Assembly: GCA_964606485.1 (NCBI GenBank) | Contig: CAZSGP010000005.1 | Location: forward strand, 11,649-75,648 | Direction: 5' to 3' | Length of the DNA stretch: 64,000 bases | Origin: an uncultured Planctomycetia bacterium | GTDB taxonomy: Bacteria; Omnitrophota; Gorgyraeia; 2-02-FULL-51-18 | Shown: in pieces, positions 1 through 7,919 of the stretch | How the letters are laid out: each line of letters starts with the position of its first letter | How positions within the stretch are numbered: position 1 is the stretch's first letter | Program-made: the position numbers and the translations under genes | Notes under the pieces: model-generated | Seen by the model: the letters and a program-made list of their open reading frames with translations, nothing else | Databases searched by the model: none | What the model was told of the DNA's origin: nothing

Positions 1-148
1 AGTGCCTGGATATTTTGGGCTGCGGCTCTTTCAAGATTTTTAAGATGTCGCATACGCAAAACTCTCCTTCGCTTAAAAGATTTAAAATGCGAAGACGAGT
101 CCGATCCGACAACGCCGTAAATACTTTCTGAGTTTCCTTAAGTTTCAT
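1..148 (-). CDS. ArsR/SmtB family metal-sensing transcriptional regulator (N-terminal part only; gene runs off the window start)
   Basis: Reverse translation from ATG at 146-148 gives [49 protein letters not shown], the ArsR wHTH signature (ALSDxTRLRIL ... CVCD ... ISRHL). Absent from the ORF track because it is truncated. Confidence 0.7.
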   Translation of the reverse strand, partial: MKLKETQKVFTALSDRTRLRILNLLSEGEFCVCDILKILKEPQPKISRH

Positions 149-157
149 AAATATAGT

Positions 158-177
158 ATATCTGCTTAAGCAGATAT
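158..177. promoter_or_regulatory. Perfect 20-bp palindrome ATATCTGCTTAAGCAGATAT, a candidate ArsR autoregulatory operator
   Basis: The exact inverted repeat lies 10 nt upstream of the arsR-like start codon. ArsR/SmtB repressors characteristically bind dyads overlapping their own promoter. Confidence 0.5.
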
Positions 178-285
178 TTCAATGAAAAAAAAGATACCAT
201 CAAAATTGGACCCTGGTCAGGACTCGCCGCCCTCCGGCGGTCACTTTGTTTGCCCGCCTCCCGGGTCGGATATTCGCGCGCCTGG

Positions 286-324
286 CTACAAAACAAAATT
301 AGCCGCTCCCCGAAGGGAACGGCT
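286..324 (-). terminator. Rho-independent terminator hairpin downstream of tRNA-Asn (near-bidirectional)
   Basis: Plus strand AGCCGCTCCC-CGAA-GGGAACGGCT forms a stem with a tetraloop, followed on the minus strand by AATTTTGTTTTGT and on the plus strand by AATTTTTG. Confidence 0.6.
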
Positions 325-330
325 AATTTT

Positions 331-406
331 TGGCTCCCCGGCCAGGACTCGAACCTGGGACATATTCGTTAACAGCGAATCGCTCTACCAGCTGAGCTAC
401 CGGGGA
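331..406 (-). tRNA. tRNA-Asn (anticodon GTT)
   Basis: The reverse complement is a 76-nt cloverleaf TCCCCGGTAGCTCAGCTGGTAGAGCGATTCGCTGTTAACGAATATGTCCCAGGTTCGAGTCCTGGCCGGGGAGCCA. The acceptor stem is 7 bp, the anticodon loop is CTGTTAA, and CCA is encoded. Confidence 0.9.
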
Positions 407-426
407 ATAAAATTTTATTTTAAAAT

Positions 427-1275
427 TTAATCGCTATTACCTAAATAAAAACTCATCAGACTGCTCTTCGAAAAGAGGTCGATGAATAAAAATAAAAATC
501 CAAATACCACGCTCAAGCCAATCGACAGCGGACCCGAGCCCTGCAACGCTTGGGGGTTGCCCGTCGCATTTGCGATCACAAAACCCGCGACGAAAACGAT
601 CAGCGCGAACAACAAAAAGACTAACGACAAAATGGTGACAATTCCCACCACCGGCCAGAATAATTTTTTAACGATGGCTGAGCTTTCCTTAATAGAGGCC
701 ATGAGTCCTGCGTCTTTTGCGACCATCCGGTAAGGAGCAAGCGTGAAAAATAAAAACATCCAATAAACCCAAGCCGAGACAAGCGCTAGAATCAGAATAA
801 TCGCCACCGCCACTCCGAGACCGAGCCACACACCAGCGTTCGCGCCGATATTCGAAATGAGTGCCGCGACAAAAATCGAAAGAATGATGAGCACAAAAAA
901 CGCAAGGCCAAACGCAAATGAGAGTGCCACTAGTCCCAAAAAGCGAGGGAAAAACTTGGCGCCGGAATTAAAAAAAGTTTGAATGCTCGCTTTGCCATTC
1001 TTTAATTTCTCAAGCACATAACCAAACGTTCCCGCCGTGATGGCCGTATTTAAAAGAGTCGTGAGCACCACAAATAAAGCGAGATACGGCAACGCCGGAA
1101 TCACCTGCCGGATCGCCGGGGTAGAACCCCATTCTTGAGTGAGGGCTTGAAGCTTTGACGAGAGTGGGCTCATGGCTAAATTAAACACCAGGCTCACACC
1201 CAGAACTACGAGCACGATCAGCAAACTGCTGGTCGCGGCTGAAAATCCCTTTTTAATCGCTTCTGCAACCTTCAT
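427..1275 (-). CDS. Polytopic integral membrane protein, family not recognised
   Basis: 282-aa ORF with about 6-7 strongly hydrophobic segments. No catalytic motif recognised. Confidence 0.5.
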   Translation of the reverse strand: MKVAEAIKKGFSAATSSLLIVLVVLGVSLVFNLAMSPLSSKLQALTQEWGSTPAIRQVIPALPYLALFVVLTTLLNTAITAGTFGYVLEKLKNGKASIQTFFNSGAKFFPRFLGLVALSFAFGLAFFVLIILSIFVAALISNIGANAGVWLGLGVAVAIILILALVSAWVYWMFLFFTLAPYRMVAKDAGLMASIKESSAIVKKLFWPVVGIVTILSLVFLLFALIVFVAGFVIANATGNPQALQGSGPLSIGLSVVFGFLFLFIDLFSKSSLMSFYLGNSD

Positions 1276-1341
1276 AGACGGTTATTCTCCCTATAGGTTT
1301 AGTGATTTGGGGGTTAGGTTAACAAAGCCTAAAGCGGGGTG

Positions 1342-1944
1342 TCAAGACGAAACGGATTGGCGGTGTCGGAACGCTCTAGAGAGCGTCGCGCGGTCCACAA
1401 ATTCGAGCGCACTTCCCACCGGCACGCCATGGGCAAGCCGGGTTACTTTGACCTTTAAATTCTTCGTTTGTTTCATTAAATAAAGTGCGGTCGCGTCACC
1501 CTCGGTGTCAGAAGCCATGCCCAAAACCACTTCTTTGACCGCGTCTCCCTTTAAACGCTCGAGCAATTCTTTAATTTTTAAATCTTTTGGCCCAATTCCT
1601 TCAAGCGGTGACAAACTTCCCATCAACACGTGGTAAACACCACGGTAGTCCCCTGCTTTTTCGACCGCCACCACGTCTTTAGGATCCTGCACCACACATA
1701 AAAGCGAATGATCGCGCGTCGGGTCTTTGCAAATTTGGCAAATGTCCTCTTCCGATAAATTAAAACACTGCCGGCAGGAATGAATGTTGGTGTTCACCTT
1801 TAAAAGGAGTTTCGAAAAAGTTTCAACTTCATCGGCAGGGGCGGAGAGAATGTAAAACGCAAAGCGCTCAGCGGTACGACTTCCGACTCCGGGCATTTTG
1901 GCAAATTCTTCAATGAGCCGGACCATCGACTCGGGGTAAACCAT
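1342..1944 (-). CDS. recR: Recombination protein RecR
   Basis: Carries the HhH motif MPGVGSRTAERFAFYIL, the C4 zinc finger CRQCFNLSEEDICQIC and a Toprim region. The start is taken at MVYPES. It lies directly downstream of dnaX, the conserved dnaX-recR arrangement. Confidence 0.9.
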   Translation of the reverse strand: MVYPESMVRLIEEFAKMPGVGSRTAERFAFYILSAPADEVETFSKLLLKVNTNIHSCRQCFNLSEEDICQICKDPTRDHSLLCVVQDPKDVVAVEKAGDYRGVYHVLMGSLSPLEGIGPKDLKIKELLERLKGDAVKEVVLGMASDTEGDATALYLMKQTKNLKVKVTRLAHGVPVGSALEFVDRATLSRAFRHRQSVSS

Positions 1945-1948
1945 AGGA

Positions 1949-3631
1949 CTAACCCACCACTCGGCCGCCAAAGATGTTCATGGCGGATTTGATTTTATCC
2001 TGCGCTTCGGCGTCTTTAGGAATGGTGAGATTTTCAAGATTTTCTTTGGGTTTTCCGGAAAGCTCTTTCACCGATTGAAACTCGATACGGACAGATTGGC
2101 CGAGCAGTGCCGACAAATGTTTTTCAATGAGTTTTTTGTTCACATCGGTTTCCAAATACTCGCGGTGAAAACTCTGTGTGGTCGGAAATGCCAGCGTTAC
2201 CACGCCGCCTTTTAGGTTTCTCAATTCCCCCTCAGCCAAATACGAAGCGGCGGATACTTTTTCGGCTTTGACCGCTCTTAAAAGCGGAGCCCAGACGGAT
2301 TCGAGTGAAACTTCTTTGGCGACCGGTGCAATAATATCATCTTCTACGAGTTCTTCCAGGGAATCGTCCTCGTCATCTTCTTCGACGGGCGCGGTTATTT
2401 TTGATTCGACTGTTTTTGGAGTCTCAACGACTTCTGGTTTTGAGACCGCAACAGGAGTGGCTCTTACGGGCCTCTCAGGCGTTTTTTTTTGAGTGTCGCG
2501 AAGTTCTTCTAGAACTTTAGAGATATCCTGCAAAGGCGAGCGGCGTGACAGTTTTACAAGCGCTATTTCGAGCGGAATGCGCTTCTGGTCAAAGCGCTTC
2601 ATGGTTTGAAGCGTCTGCACAATCACCGCTGAGAAATAAAATAAATCATCGCGCGTCAGCACATTTTTTTGTTTTAAAAGCGATTTTTTGTGAGAGTCAG
2701 AGGCTTCGACTAAGTCGAGCAGATCATCGGACACGCTTAAAAAAAGAAGGTTACGCGTGTGTTCTAAAAATTTCTCCATGAAAATGGAAGCGTCCTTACC
2801 CTCTTTTAAAACGCCGTCGAGCAAAATGAGTGCCGCCTTCGCGTCTTGCGCGGCGAGCGAATCCACAAGCTCTACAAATCGTTGCTCCTCTAACATGCCG
2901 AGCGACTGGGTGACGTCGTTTTTCGTGACTTTCCCCTCAGAGGTCGAGGCGATCTGGTCCAAAATGGATTGGCTATCTCGCAGACTTCCGTCAGCGGCTT
3001 GCGCGGCTAAAAAGAGCGCCTCATCATCAATTTTAATTTTTTCGTCTTTGGCAATTTTTTTAAGCGTGTCGGCAATCACATTCGTAGGAATGCGCCGGAA
3101 ATCAAACCGTTGGCAACGCGAGAGAATCGTTGCTGGCACTTTGTGCGAGGACGTCGTCGCAAAAATAAATTTCACATGCGCCGGCGGCTCTTCCAGCGTT
3201 TTTAAGAGCGCGTTAAAACCGTCTGTGGTGATCTGATGCACTTCGTCGATGATATAAATTTTAAATTTACCGGCGGCAGGAGCAAATTTCACATTTTCCC
3301 GGAGCGCGCGGATTTCATCAATGCCGCGGTTTGAGGCGCCATCGATTTCCAAAACATCGAGTGCGCGCGCGTTTTCAATTTCCTGGCAGTTTTGGCATTT
3401 GCCGCAGGGCTTAACCGTAGGGCCCTCTTTGCAATTGAGCGCTTTGGCAAAAATACGCGCCATCGAGGTCTTCCCTACGCCGCGAGGACCGGTAAAAAGA
3501 TAGGCATGGCCAATACGCCCGGACGAAATGGCATTCTGAAGCGTGGTCACAATCGCGTCCTGGCCAATCACGTCCGCAAAGGTTTGGGGACGGTATTTCC
3601 GGGCTAAAACTAAGTAGGATTTGTCGGACAT
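1949..3631 (-). CDS. dnaX: DNA polymerase III subunit gamma/tau
   Basis: Contains YRPQTFADVIGQ, the Walker A motif GPRGVGKTS, the zinc module CKEGPTVKPCGKCQNC and IDEVHQ (a DEXH-type box). The proline- and glutamate-rich linker and the C-terminal ...FGGRVV are typical of dnaX. Confidence 0.9.
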   Translation of the reverse strand: MSDKSYLVLARKYRPQTFADVIGQDAIVTTLQNAISSGRIGHAYLFTGPRGVGKTSMARIFAKALNCKEGPTVKPCGKCQNCQEIENARALDVLEIDGASNRGIDEIRALRENVKFAPAAGKFKIYIIDEVHQITTDGFNALLKTLEEPPAHVKFIFATTSSHKVPATILSRCQRFDFRRIPTNVIADTLKKIAKDEKIKIDDEALFLAAQAADGSLRDSQSILDQIASTSEGKVTKNDVTQSLGMLEEQRFVELVDSLAAQDAKAALILLDGVLKEGKDASIFMEKFLEHTRNLLFLSVSDDLLDLVEASDSHKKSLLKQKNVLTRDDLFYFSAVIVQTLQTMKRFDQKRIPLEIALVKLSRRSPLQDISKVLEELRDTQKKTPERPVRATPVAVSKPEVVETPKTVESKITAPVEEDDEDDSLEELVEDDIIAPVAKEVSLESVWAPLLRAVKAEKVSAASYLAEGELRNLKGGVVTLAFPTTQSFHREYLETDVNKKLIEKHLSALLGQSVRIEFQSVKELSGKPKENLENLTIPKDAEAQDKIKSAMNIFGGRVVG

Positions 3632-3680
3632 GGGGCAATTCTACCACAGCTCTTTTTCTTGTGGTACATTACTTCCCGCC

Positions 3681-4148
3681 ATGATTGACCAAAAAGCGCT
3701 TGATAAGTTTTACATGCAACAGGCCATCAAAGAGGCTGAGAAAGCATTTGCCAGCGACGAAGTGCCGGTGGGTGCCGTGATTGTGCATGAAAAAAAAATA
3801 ATTGCGCGCGCCTATAACCAAACCCGGCTTTTGAAGGACGCCACCGCACACGCGGAAATGATTGCCATCACCCAGGCTTGTGAAACGCTCGAGAGTGATC
3901 GTTTACCCGATGTTAGCGTTTATGTTACACTCGAGCCCTGCCCGATGTGCATTGGCGCGATGATTCTCGCGCGAATCAAACGGCTTGTATATGGAACGCG
4001 GGAACCCAAAACCGGCGCGTGCGGTTCGGTGCTTCATTTACTCGCTGAAGGCAAATGGAATCACAAGTTTAAAATCGAAGAAGGTCTTTTAGAATTTGAA
4101 TCCGCAGCGTTGCTGCAGGAGTTTTTTAAGAAAAAGCGGTCTTCATGA
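3681..4148 (+). CDS. tadA: tRNA-specific adenosine deaminase TadA
   Basis: Has the HAEMIAI ... LEPCPMCIGAM zinc-binding deaminase motifs of the CDA fold. The start is taken at the ATG at 3681 (MIDQKAL), downstream of the TTG that opens the ORF-track ORF. Confidence 0.85.
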   Translation: MIDQKALDKFYMQQAIKEAEKAFASDEVPVGAVIVHEKKIIARAYNQTRLLKDATAHAEMIAITQACETLESDRLPDVSVYVTLEPCPMCIGAMILARIKRLVYGTREPKTGACGSVLHLLAEGKWNHKFKIEEGLLEFESAALLQEFFKKKRSS

Positions 4149-4165
4149 AAAATTTAATTCCCCAA

Positions 4166-4253
4166 GGAGAGGTGCGTGAGCGGTTGAAACGGCACGCCTG
4201 GAAAGCGTGTAGGCCGCAAGGTCTCGTGGGTTCGAACCCCACCCTCTCCGCCA
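4166..4253 (+). tRNA. tRNA-Ser (anticodon GGA)
   Basis: 88-nt class II tRNA GGAGAGGTGCGTGAGCGGTTGAAACGGCACGCCTGGAAAGCGTG ... GGTTCGAACCCCACCCTCTCCGCCA. The anticodon loop is CTGGAAA, it has a long variable arm, and CCA is encoded. Confidence 0.9.
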
Positions 4254-4265
4254 GTTTTTAGTTTT

Positions 4266-6272
4266 ATGCCGTCAAAACTTGAGCAATTTCTAACGCTTGT
4301 CCCTGTTGAAAACTTTGAGTCCCGCTATCAAGCGGACATCAAAGAAGATTCTTATTTTGGATTTCCCATCGACCCGCTTTTAAAAGCCGAACAAAATCTA
4401 GTTTCTCGCGCCACGGCGTCGGTTGCGTATTTTTCCATGGAATACGGTCTTTCCTCCAACACCTACAACGCGATGAGCTCCAAAAATCCACTCAATCCCA
4501 AAAATTCGTCCGGCGACCATCATGTGTTTTCCAATTTGCGGGCGATCGATTATTACGTGTCCATCAAAACGGATAGCCGCATCGACCTTCCTATATATAG
4601 CGGCGGCCTGGGCGTACTCGCAGGGGATACACTTAAAAGCTCGGCGGATCTAGCCGTGCCGATGGTGGCTATCGGGATTTTATGGAACAAAGGCTATTTC
4701 AAGCAGAATTTCTGGTTTAAAGATGGTCAAGTGCCCGAGGAAAACGATTGGGACCCGTACTCGTATCCGGGTCTTGTGCCGCTTAAAACTCAAGTCGAGT
4801 TGTCGCTTAAAAAAGAAATTATCCGCTTAAGACTTTGGAAATATTTTGTCTACAGCCACGACCACAAGTCTTGTATTCCGCTCATTTTACTCGACTCTAA
4901 TCTTCCTCAAAACAAGCCGCAGACACAAAAACTCACCGACCAACTTTACCGCAGTGATAACGCGGACTGGAAATTGCTACAGCGCGTCATTCTCGGTCAG
5001 GGCGGCGTGAAAGCACTTGAAGCGCTCGGGTATTCGATCGACCAATTTCATTTAAATGAAGGTCATGCGGCTTTAGCATTCGTTGAAAAAGCTAAAAAAA
5101 CGGACCCAGAAAAACTAACTGAACTCAAAAATCATTTTGCCTACACCTGCCACACGCCGGTTGCCGCCGGTCACGACCGATTCACCAAAAAAGTCTTTCA
5201 AGAAACCTTGTCGGACGATGATTTTGCGCTCCTTAAAAAATTCGGACAAGACCCCGTGTTTTCGGATCAGATCAATCTCACGGAACTTGCCATGAACACC
5301 TGCGCGCATGTCAATGCAGTCGCGCAAAAACACGGCGAAGTCACGCGCGCCCAGTTTCCGCAACACGCCTCAAAAATTGAGTCCATCACGAACGGGGTGC
5401 ACACGCACACGTGGGTCACAAAACCCATCGACGCGCTACTGTCGGCTGAAGAAAAAAATATCGGCCGCTGGAAAGAAAATCCGTGTCTTCTAAAAAATAT
5501 TCTCATCTTAAAAGACAACATGGCTTTCCGCCAAAATTTATGGGCAGCCCATCAGGAAAACAAAAAGAAGCTCTGCTCGTTTTTAAAAAGCTGGCGGATT
5601 GAGCCGGATGTATTCACCATTTGCTGGGCGCGGCGCATCGCGTCCTACAAACGCCCGAGTCTCATTCTGCAGGATCCTAAAAAATTGATTGATCTTGCCC
5701 GACGCATCGGACCGATTCAAATTATTCTGGCAGGCAAAGCCCACCCGAAGGACGACTTGGGATTTACTTTCGTAAATGACATTTTAACGTCTATTGATAA
5801 ACTCGAAAAAGAACGCGGACTCTTGCGCGTCGTGATGCTTGAAAATTATGACACGTATTTTGGAAAACTGCTCTCAAGCAGTGTCGACGTGTGGCTCAAC
5901 AACCCTCTCCCCCCATTTGAAGCCTCGGGGACAAGTGGCATGAAAGCCATTTTGAATGGCGTTTTGCAACTTTCAACCCTAGACGGTTGGGTTGTGGAAG
6001 CTGCGGACAAAAATGTGGGTTGGATATTCGGCTGGCAGCATCCGGGCGGCGAAATTGGAGACGAGCGGAATTTGCGTCTTTCGGAAGATTCGTCGGAACT
6101 CTATCAAATGCTCGAGCGCGTGATCGAGCTTTATTATCAAACGAATTTCAAGGGAACGCTCAACGCCTCCTCCGATTGGATCACCAAAATGATTCATGCG
6201 GTGTCGGAGGCAGGGTTTTTTAACACACACCGAATGGTTGAAGAATACCGCTCGAAAATCTGGAAGCTTTAA
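4266..6272 (+). CDS. Alpha-glucan (glycogen/maltodextrin) phosphorylase, GT35 family
   Basis: AYFSMEYGL near the N-terminus and the pyridoxal-phosphate site EASGTSGMKAILNG are GT35 hallmarks. 668 aa matches the short alpha-glucan phosphorylase subfamily. Confidence 0.85.
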   Translation: MPSKLEQFLTLVPVENFESRYQADIKEDSYFGFPIDPLLKAEQNLVSRATASVAYFSMEYGLSSNTYNAMSSKNPLNPKNSSGDHHVFSNLRAIDYYVSIKTDSRIDLPIYSGGLGVLAGDTLKSSADLAVPMVAIGILWNKGYFKQNFWFKDGQVPEENDWDPYSYPGLVPLKTQVELSLKKEIIRLRLWKYFVYSHDHKSCIPLILLDSNLPQNKPQTQKLTDQLYRSDNADWKLLQRVILGQGGVKALEALGYSIDQFHLNEGHAALAFVEKAKKTDPEKLTELKNHFAYTCHTPVAAGHDRFTKKVFQETLSDDDFALLKKFGQDPVFSDQINLTELAMNTCAHVNAVAQKHGEVTRAQFPQHASKIESITNGVHTHTWVTKPIDALLSAEEKNIGRWKENPCLLKNILILKDNMAFRQNLWAAHQENKKKLCSFLKSWRIEPDVFTICWARRIASYKRPSLILQDPKKLIDLARRIGPIQIILAGKAHPKDDLGFTFVNDILTSIDKLEKERGLLRVVMLENYDTYFGKLLSSSVDVWLNNPLPPFEASGTSGMKAILNGVLQLSTLDGWVVEAADKNVGWIFGWQHPGGEIGDERNLRLSEDSSELYQMLERVIELYYQTNFKGTLNASSDWITKMIHAVSEAGFFNTHRMVEEYRSKIWKL

Positions 6273-7912
6273 TCCGTCGCCTGACGCGCGGCATTCATGG
6301 CGTCATCTAAACCTGAAAAAAAGTTTTCCTCGCCGATCGTGTCGTAGAGACCCGATTTCACCATGGCGTCGAGCGGCTGGGAATGAATGCCCTGAATGAG
6401 TAATTTAATATTTTGTTTCTGGCAATCCACAAAAATTCCTTTTAGCGCATTGAGTCCCGAGGCGTCAATAGTGAGAACATTGGCCACGCGTAAAATGCGG
6501 ACCTTTGGTTTTTGTTCCACAAAACGCATCGCCTCCTCAAATTTTCGGGAAGCGCCGAAAAACAAGGGGCCATTCACTTCATAAATTTCGATGTCTCTTT
6601 TTTTGCGCGGCGGCCGCACTCCGCTTGCTGAGCTTTCCTCTTCTTCGGTCCCCTGAACCATCAGGCGAACATTCGTGGTCTCCGCCATACGTGCCATGAA
6701 TAAAAATGCGGCGAGCACCATGCCAATTTCAATCGCAACGGTTAAATCAACGAGCACGGTGAGGAAAAAAGTGGTTAGAATCACGAGTGCGTCGTGCCGC
6801 GGGCCCTTTAACACCGACAAAAACGAACGCCATTCGCTCATGTGATAGGCCACCACGATGAGAATACCAGCGAGACACGCCATGGGGATAAGCTTGGCCC
6901 ATTTGCCAAGAAAAATAAGAATTAAAAATAAGGTCACCGCGTGCACTAGGCCCGCGACCGGCGTGCGTCCGCCGTTTCGCACATTGGTGGCGGTGCGTGC
7001 AATCGCACCGGTGGCAGGCATTCCTCCAAAAAGACCGGAGGCAATATTTGCAAACCCCTGAGCGACAAGTTCCATGTTGGAGCGATGACGCCCGCCGATC
7101 ATGCCGTCGGCCACGACCGCAGATAACAGCGACTCAATTGCTCCTAAAAGCGCAATCGCAGTCGCAGGCTGAATCAGTGTCTGAATCAATTCCCAACGAA
7201 GCACCGGTACATGCATTTGCGGAAGTCCGTGCGGCAGCTCGCCAAATTTACTGCCAATCGTTTCAATTGGCCATTGAAAATAGGAAGCCGCCGCCGACGC
7301 CACAAGAATGGCGATGATCGATCCAGGAATTCTTCGTGAAAATCTTGACCACACCGAAACGACTAAAATCGTAAAAAGCGTTAGCCCTACGGCGTAGCCA
7401 TTGGTTTGGGCCAAATGCCCGAGCAAAACTTTCCATTTACCAAAAAATTCAGCAGGAACACTTTCAACCGGCAGTCCCAAAAAGTCTTTGATTTGAGAGG
7501 ACAAAATAATCACGGCGATACCGCTCGTAAAACCCACGACAACCGGGTAAGGAATGAATTCAATCACGCGGCCGAGGCGCGCAATTCCCATAAAAATTAA
7601 AATAAATCCGGCCATGATGGTCGCAAGAATCAGTCCGTCGACACCGTAACGCGTCACAATGCCGTATACAATGACCACAAACGCGCCGGTGGGTCCGCCA
7701 ATTTGAACGCGGCTTCCCCCAAAAGCGGAAATTATAAAACCGGCAACCACTGCGGTCACAAGACCCGCTTGAGGCGTAACGCCAGAGGCAATTCCGAATG
7801 CAATGGCGAGCGGCAACGCCACGACCCCCACGATGACGCCGGCGACTAAGTCGTTGAAAAACTGAGCGAGGGAATAATTTTTAAGGGTTGTGACAATTTT
7901 AGGGACAAACAC
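6269..7912 (-). CDS. SulP family inorganic anion transporter with C-terminal STAS domain
   Basis: SulP signature GLVTAVVAGFIISAFGGSRVQIGGPTGAF and multiple TM segments. The C-terminal ILRV...IDASGL... region is a STAS domain. Confidence 0.85.
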   Translation of the reverse strand: MFVPKIVTTLKNYSLAQFFNDLVAGVIVGVVALPLAIAFGIASGVTPQAGLVTAVVAGFIISAFGGSRVQIGGPTGAFVVIVYGIVTRYGVDGLILATIMAGFILIFMGIARLGRVIEFIPYPVVVGFTSGIAVIILSSQIKDFLGLPVESVPAEFFGKWKVLLGHLAQTNGYAVGLTLFTILVVSVWSRFSRRIPGSIIAILVASAAASYFQWPIETIGSKFGELPHGLPQMHVPVLRWELIQTLIQPATAIALLGAIESLLSAVVADGMIGGRHRSNMELVAQGFANIASGLFGGMPATGAIARTATNVRNGGRTPVAGLVHAVTLFLILIFLGKWAKLIPMACLAGILIVVAYHMSEWRSFLSVLKGPRHDALVILTTFFLTVLVDLTVAIEIGMVLAAFLFMARMAETTNVRLMVQGTEEEESSASGVRPPRKKRDIEIYEVNGPLFFGASRKFEEAMRFVEQKPKVRILRVANVLTIDASGLNALKGIFVDCQKQNIKLLIQGIHSQPLDAMVKSGLYDTIGEENFFSGLDDAMNAARQATD

Positions 7913-7919
7913 CAGGCGT

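Noticed and set aside
182-430. 82-aa plus-strand ORF
   Set aside because: It overlaps the tRNA-Asn gene and its terminator on the opposite strand. The product is Pro/Gly-rich with no RBS and is spurious.
482-733. 83-aa plus-strand ORF
   Set aside because: It is antisense to the well-supported membrane protein gene 427..1275.
2178-3236. Plus-strand ORFs of 104-159 aa inside dnaX
   Set aside because: They are antisense shadow ORFs of a highly conserved gene, and the products are Ser-rich with low complexity.
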